From Terriglobia bacterium (lineage in GTDB: Bacteria; Acidobacteriota; Terriglobia; 20CM-2-55-15): DNA of 64,000 bases. Under the pieces are notes generated by a model, which saw only the letters and a program-made list of their open reading frames with translations, made no database searches and had not been told where the DNA came from. The stretch lies in contig CBDCFM010000021.1 in assembly GCA_965216035.1 (NCBI GenBank), positions 744,231-808,230 of the forward strand, in the 5' to 3' direction. The position numbers and the translations under genes are program-made. Below, in pieces: positions 10,105-18,810 of the stretch (within the stretch, counting starts at the first letter, position 1; each line of letters opens with the position of its first letter).

Positions 10105-10590
10105 TTCGAGGCCGAAACTGTAAAGAAACCCGACACCAGCTCAACACACGGATTACCTAAATCGTTGAATACAAAGCCCATGAACCGATTTTGGGGCAAA
10201 TCTGGCCGTTGTCGGGTTTCTTTACAAATTTACAGGGTCGTACTTTTGTCAACTCCCATGAAGCGGCGTGATTCGATTGTCTCACCTAAGTCGTTGAATA
10301 CAAAGCCCCCAAACCAAACGAGGGCCAATCTGGTCGGTGTCGGGTTTCTTTGCAAATTTATAAGGTCGTACTTTTGTCAACGCCCATGAAGCCGCGTGTT
10401 TCAATTGGATCACCTAAGTCGTTGAATACAAGGCCACCAAACTGAATGGGGGCGAATTTGGCCGGTGTCGGGTTTCTTTACAAGTGTGCAGGGTCGTACT
10501 TTTTGTCAACGCCCGTACTTTTGTCAATGCCCGTACTTTTATCAATGCCAATGAAGCGGCGTGTTTCGACTGGTGTGGTCACCGTCAAGT
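10105..10590. repeat. Intergenic tandem repeat array: 3 x ~128-bp units (about 10156, 10284, 10412). The third unit carries a nested 18-bp triplication (cgtacttttgtcaa[c/t]gcc). An inverted copy of the 19-nt core (gtgtcgggtttctttaca) sits at about 10112-10135.
   Basis: Direct reading. The units share 'acctaagtcgttgaatacaa', 'ggtgtcgggtttctttacaa' and 'ggtcgtacttttgtcaacgcccatgaagcggcgtg'. Small ORFs across the units are not conserved at the amino-acid level. Confidence 0.75.
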
Positions 10591-10827
10591 TTTAAGAAGT
10601 TTCACGTGCACAACAGGTAAGAACTGGGTGAGAGCCAGCGCTTCTCTCCAGGAAGTGCAGCTTCATAACGCCCATCGACGCATTGGAGCCGAAGCCGGAG
10701 CTGCAGTAACCCAGAGAGCCAGGATACGAGAAGACGATACGAAGACACTAGAAATCAAATGACCAGGAGTTGAAGGGCCTACAGATACTCAGTGTGCCGA
10801 AGCCATGGTTTTCCACTCACCTCGGAC

Positions 10828-12936
10828 CTACCACTGATCCGGAAGCATGCCCGTTTCGACCGCCTTTAGAGAGGGTTTCAGGTGAGGCTTTCCAACGTCT
10901 AACCGTACCGCCTCGCGGCGCTGCCACGCGGACTGGATCCGTGTGACGCCTTTTGCGAGGCCCTTGATCGATGTCGTCCAGACCTGCAATGCGTGTTTCA
11001 GTTCCCGGGCGCCGTCATCGGTCAACTGGAAGTCGAACGCTTCTTCTCCGGACAAGCGATAGTCGGAAATCGCATCTAACGACATGCCTGCCGCAATCCA
11101 TGCGGGGATGTCATAGGCCATGTTGACTCGAAGTGGGTTGAGAATTTCGTCTTCGGTCGCGCCGTCCGCATGTGTAAAGCGGACGTAAGCCTGGAATGCT
11201 TCCCAAAAACCAGCAAAATCCGGCACCTTGAGGTGGACACGGCGTGTTTCGAGCAATCGCCGGGTGGCATCAAGGGCGACAGTGCAAAGCTGAGGCCAGA
11301 CTCTGAACGACGCAATCGCCCGGTACTTGTACATCAGGTTGTCGCCGATGTCCCCGTTCAGCAGCAACCGAAAGTTCTCGTCCCGAGTGTAGAAGTCAAC
11401 ACAGGATCGTTCATCCGGGAACAGTTCGTTGCTTGCTTCACGCACGAATTCGTCGAGAAACTCCCGGGCCGGACCTTCGCTGGCTTCCAGTGCCGGCAGC
11501 ATCGCCGAGAACCATTCGGACCGCCGCACGCCATTGCTTAGAGCCAGGTTGACCGCATCCTCGTACCAGGAATCATTCCAGAACACGCTGCTGATCAGGT
11601 GCCATTTCCGCGTTTCCAGGTAGTCGTCGAATGAAAACGTACTGGTCGCCACGACGACCTCTTCTACGTCAAGGACCTTGCGGTTCCCGTAGACACCGAA
11701 ATTCTTCGGAAGCACCCGGAATCGCGTATCGAATTCAAATTTCTTCCGGGTATCGGGTGTTTCCAGCTCCGAACCCTTCAGGAGGACGAGCTGAAGGTTG
11801 TGCATCTGGTTCGTACCGGCTTCAATGAGTGACCGGATCGCTCTGAGGTGTGAGTCCAGCGATTCGCCCGGCAGCCCGACAATCAGGTCCGAGTTGGAGC
11901 GCAGGCCCCGTCCCCGGATGTGGACCATCACTTTCTCGTAGGCGTCCAGCTTGATGTTGGACCGTTTGATGTTCTTGAGAACACCCGCGTCCAGCGACTG
12001 AACCGCCTGATACACAACTAACGCACCACCGGCCGCTTCGACCGATCGGACGATTCGCTCCGGCTTGTTTTTGCCCGTCGTCGCATCGATGAACACCGGA
12101 TAGCCGTAGCGCTTCTGGATGCCACCGATCCAGCCCGAAATCTCGACATCCCGCTCAAACATTCCGTAGTTCGCATCGACGATGCGCAGGGTACCCATCG
12201 AGGGCGATACCTCGTGCACCCGCTTTGCGATGTACTCGAGTTCTTCCCGCATGCGGTCCATGGGAAAGTAGTTGACCTTTGTGTACCAATCGGTCCCCTG
12301 GACGCAGAACGTACACGAGAACGGACAGCCGCGGTTGGTCTCGATCATCGGGGCCAGTTTACCGTCAAAAAATTCGTCCTGAATCCCGGTCAACCAGGGC
12401 GAAGGGATCTCCTCAATTGAGCGCTTTCGGTCCCACATCGGATTCAGCCGGGTGTGGCCATCCGGTGTCCGGGAAATTGAGGACGGAATTTCCATTTCGG
12501 CGAGTCGGGAGGCGGACATTCCCGATTCGAGGAACATCTGAACGATCGCGGTCGCCAGGAAGTCGGCCTCGCCGAGAACGTATATGTCGATTTCAGGGTG
12601 GGATTCAAAGTAGGCGGTCTGGCGTTCGCCCCCAATCGGAATGTTCGGTCCACCCATGACCACGAGCGTATCCGGTCGGATGGACTTCACGAGCTTCGCG
12701 AAATGAAACCCCAGAGCTTCGTTCCAGATGTAGTTACTCAGCATCAGGATGTCGGGAGGCGTCTCGCTGATCGCTTCCCACAAGCGGTCCGGATACGCGA
12801 ACAGTCGCGATTCCACCTCGGGCAGGTCGCGGTCCATCACAGCCTTCATGTAGGCCACGCCAAGGGGCATGCAGTCGTTGGCGAGAACACCGGTGAAGTT
12901 GTAACGAAGATCAGCGAGATAGACCCGAGGCTTCAT
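10828..12936 (-). CDS. Cobalamin (B12)-binding radical SAM protein (class B), 702 aa, with a ~300-aa C-terminal extension
   Basis: N-terminal B12-binding-like domain (LVVMGGPNIP…EADFLATAIV) and a radical-SAM cluster motif CPFSCTFC (CxxxCxxC). Start ATG at 12936 with a GAGGAG site. The ATG overlaps the rfbG stop (ATGA). Confidence 0.85.
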   Translation of the reverse strand: MKPRVYLADLRYNFTGVLANDCMPLGVAYMKAVMDRDLPEVESRLFAYPDRLWEAISETPPDILMLSNYIWNEALGFHFAKLVKSIRPDTLVVMGGPNIPIGGERQTAYFESHPEIDIYVLGEADFLATAIVQMFLESGMSASRLAEMEIPSSISRTPDGHTRLNPMWDRKRSIEEIPSPWLTGIQDEFFDGKLAPMIETNRGCPFSCTFCVQGTDWYTKVNYFPMDRMREELEYIAKRVHEVSPSMGTLRIVDANYGMFERDVEISGWIGGIQKRYGYPVFIDATTGKNKPERIVRSVEAAGGALVVYQAVQSLDAGVLKNIKRSNIKLDAYEKVMVHIRGRGLRSNSDLIVGLPGESLDSHLRAIRSLIEAGTNQMHNLQLVLLKGSELETPDTRKKFEFDTRFRVLPKNFGVYGNRKVLDVEEVVVATSTFSFDDYLETRKWHLISSVFWNDSWYEDAVNLALSNGVRRSEWFSAMLPALEASEGPAREFLDEFVREASNELFPDERSCVDFYTRDENFRLLLNGDIGDNLMYKYRAIASFRVWPQLCTVALDATRRLLETRRVHLKVPDFAGFWEAFQAYVRFTHADGATEDEILNPLRVNMAYDIPAWIAAGMSLDAISDYRLSGEEAFDFQLTDDGARELKHALQVWTTSIKGLAKGVTRIQSAWQRREAVRLDVGKPHLKPSLKAVETGMLPDQW

Positions 12937-13977
12937 CTCACGCTCCTCATAGAGCCAGGCCTGCCGATGCCGGTGGAAACACCTGGTCCCGGGGGCAAAG
13001 GGAACTCTGCCTCGTACCACTGAATCGTTTCGGAAAGGCCTTCGGGGAAGGCATACTCGGGCTTCCATCCGAGCCGGTCCCGTGCCTTGGCACAGGACAT
13101 GGACTGGTCGCGGATTTCGGCCCTGGACTGATTCAGCACCACCGGCTCGAGATCGGACCGCCCCATTCGAGCAAGGATCTCCCGCACCAGGTCGATGACC
13201 GTCATCCTGAGCTCGAGACTGAAATTGAACGCCTCTCCCGCAAAGCTCTGATCTTTTCTAAGGCTTTCGGCAACAAGCATATAGGCTCCTGCCGCATCTT
13301 GAACGTAAAGGTAGTCACGCACAAACTTGCCGTCACTCCGGATGACGAACCGCTCGCCTTTAAGCGTGGCCATAACCACACCCGGAATGACGCGATCAAA
13401 ATTCAGGTCCCCCGGACCAAACAAATTAGCACACCGGACGACTGACACGCCCAATCCGTAAGTCGTTGCATACATTGATGTGATCAGATCCGCGCAACTC
13501 TTCGAAACGTCATAGGGATAGGTTCCACATAGCGGCTGATCTTCCGTGTACGGAAGTTCGCCTTGAGGACCATAGGCCTTGTCAGAAGAGGCCACAACGG
13601 TTTGAGGGATCGACAGCAACCGAGCCGCTTCGAGAACGTTCCACGTCCCCCGCACGTTTGTTTCCAGCGTGCTGATCGGGTCCCGCCTAGCCGTATTGAC
13701 CAGGGGCTGAGCTGCGAGGTGAAAGATGGTGTCGATGTCGTACTCGGCAAGCGTGCGGCGAATCAGATCGTAGTCTTCAAGGGCGCCATGGACGGCAATC
13801 ACCCGATCCAGAAGGCCGCTCTTAACCGCGAGACTGTGTGGGACCTGATCGCGGACGAGCGCGACAACTTGCGCACCGGCATTCACTAATCTTCCGAGGA
13901 GAGCGCTTCCCATCAGACCGGTGCCACCGGTGATGAACACTGGACGTCCTTGCCAAAAACTTGAATTCACAATTGAG
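12933..13977 (-). CDS. rfbG: CDP-glucose 4,6-dehydratase (extended SDR)
   Basis: SFWQGRPVFITGGTGLMGS (compare RfbG FWQGKRVFVTGHTGFKG) and the YDVSK catalytic motif. Proposed GTG start at 13977 with a GGGGAGG site 8 nt upstream, leaving 13 nt after rfbF. Confidence 0.8.
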
Positions 13978-13990
13978 GCCTCCCCAGAAA

Positions 13991-14749
13991 TCAGCGTACT
14001 GCGGCATTCAGCGCTGTAGGCATCCGTTCCGGCCGTATCCGCCGTATCCACGGAGGTGCATCGCTATTGAAGAGCTTCTCGAACTCCTGCTGATCCTTGC
14101 TCGTATCCATGGACTTCCAGAAGCCGTCATGTTCGTAGGTGTACAACACGCCACGGTCCGCGAGATTGGGTAGCACCTGGTTCTCGAGGCTGTCACCGCT
14201 CCAATTGTCAAATACATGGGGATCAAAAACAAAGAACCCCGCGTTGATCCAGTGGCCGCCGATTAAAGGCTTTTCACTGAATCGCTGGACCCGTTTATCT
14301 TCATCGAATCTCACGGCGCCATACTGGGAACGTAGAGGAGCTGATGTGATGGTCCCGACAGCATTGGTGGTGCGATGGAAGCGAAGCAATTCCCCGAGGT
14401 CGATGTCGCCTAGCCCATCGCCGTATGTTGCAAAGAACGTTTCGTTTAAGTGCGGTCGGCACCGACGCAACCGCTCGCCGGTATCGCTGTCCCTGCCCGT
14501 ATCAACCACATGCACGTCCCAGTCGGAGAACCGGCCGTCGAAATAGTCGTCGAGAATTTCCTTGAGGTGACCGGCGGCGAGAATGAACTTTCGATGGCCC
14601 TGCAGCGCATAGTTGCGCATGAGGTGGACGATTATAGGCGTCCCGCCGATGGGCATCATCGCCTTCGGAAAGTGCTCTGTGTAGGGATTGGACCGTGTCC
14701 CTTTGCCGCCGCACAGGATCACAACCGCTAGTGAGTCTTCTCGCTTCAA
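13991..14749 (-). CDS. rfbF: Glucose-1-phosphate cytidylyltransferase
   Basis: MKREDSLAVVILCGGKGTRS…YGDG…GFWKSMDT matches RfbF/DdhA. TTG start with an AGAGGGA ribosome-binding site. Confidence 0.85.
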   Translation of the reverse strand: MKREDSLAVVILCGGKGTRSNPYTEHFPKAMMPIGGTPIIVHLMRNYALQGHRKFILAAGHLKEILDDYFDGRFSDWDVHVVDTGRDSDTGERLRRCRPHLNETFFATYGDGLGDIDLGELLRFHRTTNAVGTITSAPLRSQYGAVRFDEDKRVQRFSEKPLIGGHWINAGFFVFDPHVFDNWSGDSLENQVLPNLADRGVLYTYEHDGFWKSMDTSKDQQEFEKLFNSDAPPWIRRIRPERMPTALNAAVR

Positions 14750-14941
14750 GATTCCCTCTGTGAGTTAACGCACATGGCAGATCGGGTGTTCCGCGATGTG
14801 TGCTCGGTTTCAGCCTCCTTTGCGCGGAAGCCGCAACGAACTCATGACACTTAACAAGACCTTGCGGATGATTTTCTGTCAAGCGCGAATTTGGATATCA
14901 AGAGTGCCTTACGCGTAATCGATTCAGGTGCTCGCTGACAC

Positions 14942-14970
14942 TTGACAGGGCAACATGCGAATTTGATAAT
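14942..14970 (+). promoter_or_regulatory. Sigma70-like promoter candidate (TTGACA-N17-GATAAT) in the divergent region between rfbF and the sugar transferase
   Basis: Exact TTGACA at 14942-47 and GATAAT at 14965-70 with a 17-nt spacer. A degenerate copy of the surrounding ~35 bp lies about 55 bp upstream. Confidence 0.3.
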
Positions 14971-15036
14971 GCCGCACTTGATCAACAGAATTCGGTTCAC
15001 CACCCAGCGAGTGTTCGTAAGAGGGGACGCGCAGAA

Positions 15037-15807
15037 ATGAGCAGGACACCGGCAATAGAAACGGGCAACGCGAGCACAGTCGAACAAGCCCCCCGGGAGC
15101 ATCAACCCGAGTCGGTGCCTCCCGGGTCCGGGCGCGCTCATGCAAATTTTGATGCCGCACTCCCTCGACTGGCCCCGAGTCAAATCGGTTCCGTCTCGGT
15201 GTCACTTCCGCTTCGCATGTTCGAGGTGACGTTCGCCGCGATTGTCCTGATCGCGACGATTCCGATCACGGCCGCACTGGCTTTGCTGATCTTTCGAGGT
15301 TTCCCGGGATCGTCGCTCTTCTTCCAGAAGAGAGTCGGAATGAACGGTAAGCTGATCGAATTCGTGAAGTTTCGAACTCTCTATGTTGACGCGAAGGAAC
15401 GTTTCCCGGACTTGTACGCTTACGAATACAGCCCTGAGGAAGTCGACACCCTTAACTTCAAGGTTGCGAATGACCCCCGCATTACGCCTCAGGGTCGGTG
15501 GATGCGGAAGTCGACGCTGGATGAGTTGCCCAACTTCTGGAACGTGCTCAAAGGCGATATGGCCCTGGTCGGGCCGCGCCCCGAAATACCGGAGATGGTG
15601 CCCTACTACTCCGGCGACATGCTCCGGAAGTTTTCCGTCCGTCCCGGGGTTACGGGACTGGCACAGATTCGGGGGCGCGGCCGCCTCGGCTTCTTGGAGA
15701 CGATCGCTCTCGACGTCGAGTACGTCGATACCCGCTCTCTGTGGGTGGACATGAAGATTCTCGCCCTCACGGCGTGGAAGTCCATCACACAGGAGGGTGC
15801 TTTTTAG
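15037..15807 (+). CDS. Small polyprenyl-phosphate sugar phosphotransferase (bacterial sugar transferase, PglC/WbaP-C-terminal type)
   Basis: The segment MFEVTFAAIVLIATIPITAALALLIF…KRVGMNGKLIEFVKFRTL…DELPNFWNVLKGDMALVGPRPE matches the family. The start may instead be the internal M at about 15217. Confidence 0.8.
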   Translation: MSRTPAIETGNASTVEQAPREHQPESVPPGSGRAHANFDAALPRLAPSQIGSVSVSLPLRMFEVTFAAIVLIATIPITAALALLIFRGFPGSSLFFQKRVGMNGKLIEFVKFRTLYVDAKERFPDLYAYEYSPEEVDTLNFKVANDPRITPQGRWMRKSTLDELPNFWNVLKGDMALVGPRPEIPEMVPYYSGDMLRKFSVRPGVTGLAQIRGRGRLGFLETIALDVEYVDTRSLWVDMKILALTAWKSITQEGAF

Positions 15808-15819
15808 AACTTCCGGTCG

Positions 15820-16744
15820 TCACACGGGACGGTGCCTTTCAGCACTTCCAAACGTGTGCTTCATCCAGTTGGCGCACAGCAACATGCCGGCGCGCGCCCC
15901 AAGTCCAGCGACGGCCACCCATCGCGCAGGATGGCGCGATCCCAGTCGGTGATACTCGCAGTAGAACGCGTACGCCCCCCGATGGAAATCGCGGATTTTC
16001 CAGTCTGCGGATTCATAGGATTCCGCTCCGCTCCCCTTGCCCTCAATATGGATCAGTGTCGAAGAGGGGACCAGATAGATCTTGCCCGTGTTGGCATGCA
16101 TCAGCCTGGAACAGAATACGGCGTCGCTCCAGTAGTGCAGGTCCTCGGGCAGGCCACCGATGCGTTCGACCGCTTCCCGCCGCACCAGCGTGCATGATCC
16201 CGGAATCCAGTCCACCACAAAGGGATCTCCCCTTTCCATCTGGTCTTTGTACAAATACCTGCGGACGACCCGAGCATTTGGAAAATAGCGGCTGAGCGCC
16301 GACTTCCGCCCGAACAGCGCGTTCCGCCAAGTAGGGAACCGCCGCGCCGACCATTGCTCCCTCATGTCGGGATAGACGAGTCGACACCCGGCAGCGAGCG
16401 CATCCGGCTTCTGGTTAAGAAAACGGACGAGTTTGGGAATCGTATCTTCGAACACGAGCGTGTCGTCGTTGAGATAGAAAACATATCGGCTATGGGACGC
16501 TTTCGCACCCTGGTTACACGCCTGACAGAAGCCCAGATTCGTACTATTCGCGATAAGAGTAACCTCCGGGAATTCATCCCGAACTACGTCCGGACTCCCG
16601 TCACTCGATCCGTTGTCAACGTAGATTGTCTCCTGGGTCAAGCCGCGCCACTCGGTCTTCGCCAGTGAAACCAGGCACTGTTGGACGTAGTGCCGGGCGT
16701 TGAGTCCGACAATGACAATAGCCAGATCGGTCGGAGGGTTCACC
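15820..16744 (-). CDS. Glycosyltransferase family 2
   Basis: LAIVIVGLNARHYVQQCLVSL…ETIYVDNGSSDGS. Proposed GTG start at 16744 overlaps the flippase stop (GTGA). The ORF-track entry 15820..17160 overlaps the upstream gene. Confidence 0.75.
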
Positions 16745-18002
16745 CAGCCACCTCGCGGGGACCTCTTCTCATGGTTTGAATTGCGGCCAGTTGCATGATC
16801 ACGGTCTTCACCAGAGCATACACAGTCGTAACCCACGCGGCTCCGATCGCACCACTGGAACCGACAGCCCAAATGTAAGTCGGGACCAGAACGGGCAAGG
16901 CCGCAAGGTCCAGCAAGAGGAGTATTTGCGGCCTTGTAAACAACAGGAACGACACGGTCCACGGGAAATTCAGGAGAGAACACAGTGCGGCCGGAAGCAA
17001 TATGACAAACACATCCGTCGACTGGGAAAATGAAGCCGGCAGTATCAGATTCGCGACTGGCCTGAAACCCAGATTCACGCCGACAAATGCGGCCACACAG
17101 ATTAGGGCAAGCAAAATCTGAAATCGCCTGTACACGGGCCCCAGGCGTCGGGATGCCCACATCGGCATGATCCGCGGAGTGAAGACGACCGACATGTACA
17201 TTCCTATCAGTTGGGGAATCATCGCGAATGCATACGCGGCCGAGAAAACACCCGCCTGGGCGGCGCCGGCCACAGCGGTGACAAAGAACACGTCAATGCG
17301 TGAAACAGTGGAACCGAGCGCAGTCGTCGCGGCGTAGACACGTACCTGCCGCCAGAGGTCACGGGCCTCCGACCACTGGAAGGCGCTTCGGATCAGGGGC
17401 TGCGCGAGCAGAATAAGCATTCCCACGCCAACGGCGAATGGCGCAACGAGGTGGGCGGTTAGTATCCAGAACGGTGAGGGTGCAGTCACCACCAAAATGG
17501 CAATGGCCGAATACTTGATGGCGCTCTGAAGCAGATCGCTCAATCCATACGCCTCGAATCTACCATCAATCTGGAAATGCATCTGGACGGACCGGAGCAG
17601 GCCAAGAGCGAAAACTGACGCGGCGCTCAGGATCAGAAGCGGCGCCAGGGACACATCCTGAAACAGCCACAGCGACAGCGGTCTCGAGGCCCACGCAATC
17701 ACGGCGCCAGCTACCAGCAGCCCTCCCAGTTTCAACACCAGTCCTGTCTTCTGAATCCGGAGAGATCGATCCGGACGCTCGAGGCGGTAGCGGGGGGCGG
17801 TCCGCAGGACTCCCAGGTCGACGGACGGTCCAAGGACAGCATCGCTGAGGATGATGGCTGTCACGCAAACCGAGACGATCCCGAATCCTTCTGGATCAAG
17901 GGCATGGATCAATACGAAATTGAAGGCGAGCTGGAGGACGCCCCCCAGAGATTTCGGGACCGCCACCCACGTGAATTCCTTGAGATCCCGAGCTGCTCCC
18001 AT
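16740..18002 (-). CDS. wzx: Polysaccharide flippase (Wzx-like, MOP superfamily)
   Basis: 420 aa with about 12 predicted TM helices. Located between glycosyltransferases. Confidence 0.7.
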   Translation of the reverse strand: MGAARDLKEFTWVAVPKSLGGVLQLAFNFVLIHALDPEGFGIVSVCVTAIILSDAVLGPSVDLGVLRTAPRYRLERPDRSLRIQKTGLVLKLGGLLVAGAVIAWASRPLSLWLFQDVSLAPLLILSAASVFALGLLRSVQMHFQIDGRFEAYGLSDLLQSAIKYSAIAILVVTAPSPFWILTAHLVAPFAVGVGMLILLAQPLIRSAFQWSEARDLWRQVRVYAATTALGSTVSRIDVFFVTAVAGAAQAGVFSAAYAFAMIPQLIGMYMSVVFTPRIMPMWASRRLGPVYRRFQILLALICVAAFVGVNLGFRPVANLILPASFSQSTDVFVILLPAALCSLLNFPWTVSFLLFTRPQILLLLDLAALPVLVPTYIWAVGSSGAIGAAWVTTVYALVKTVIMQLAAIQTMRRGPREVAG

Positions 18003-18253
18003 GCATTCTACCCCTCCGGCGCCTCATCGAACCGTCGGAAGGACCGGGAATCCTATGCTACACCAGTTTCAGCAGACAGAATGCCAACGGACGAGGCCGT
18101 TTGATTGGCCTATTTTGTGGATAAAGGGAAGCTTGAGTCGAGCCACAGGTCGAGACGGACATGTCGCTGATCATATGCCGCAGTTTCCCGGGCGACCTCG
18201 AGACTCTCGAGCAACACACCCCACGCGGGTTTGGGACGGCCATTCCCGTCGAA

Positions 18254-18565
18254 TCAGCCCATTGTCCTCAGCACCGCTCGAAATTTTGTTAACGGAAGAC
18301 CGTAGTGATCACTCAATGCGCTGGCATGACTGGGGTGGAGATCCGCGAGGGACATGAAATTGGCTGCGACGAACCGGCCCTCGCCGCGAGCGAGTTCCTG
18401 GATCACTCGCGAATAGAACTCTGCCTGTTTTGTAGACGAACCCCGCACAGTCGGTGATGTCGGGTAACCGATTTCGGTGAGCAGGACATCGCGTTCGCCG
18501 GCAGCGCCCATGGCGCAGCCAGTTATCACGATAATGACCCCTGCGAGCCATCCTTTGCGGTTCAT
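18254..18565 (-). CDS. Small lipoprotein, possibly a remnant of a clan GH-A glycoside hydrolase
   Basis: Lipobox IVITGCA, followed directly by LLTEIGYPT, which looks like a nucleophile-Glu strand. The protein is only about 100 aa. Confidence 0.3.
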   Translation of the reverse strand: MNRKGWLAGVIIVITGCAMGAAGERDVLLTEIGYPTSPTVRGSSTKQAEFYSRVIQELARGEGRFVAANFMSLADLHPSHASALSDHYGLPLTKFRAVLRTMG

Positions 18566-18810
18566 CGTGTTCCTGTCAATCCCGAAAAGCGTCAGCTGAC
18601 GCCCCCAGTTATATCGACAAGCGAGCAAGTAAACTCTAGCGGCGACAGGATCGAAGGGAGGTCCTCACAGACCCGGAGGTCAATCGGTGCTTGTGCCGGT
18701 CGCCGGGCTGGAATCTTCCTGGAATCCGGCGAACAGGGGTTGCGCTTCCGATGCCCCTATCTTTAAAATGCTCGATTGTCGTGCACAGGCGACTCAATGC
18801 GAGAATCGGA

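Noticed and set aside
10156-10590. Possible CRISPR array, considered because of the regular ~128-bp periodicity
   Set aside because: The entire unit is repeated; there is no short repeat separated by unique spacers. No cas genes are present. The repeats are imperfect along their whole length.
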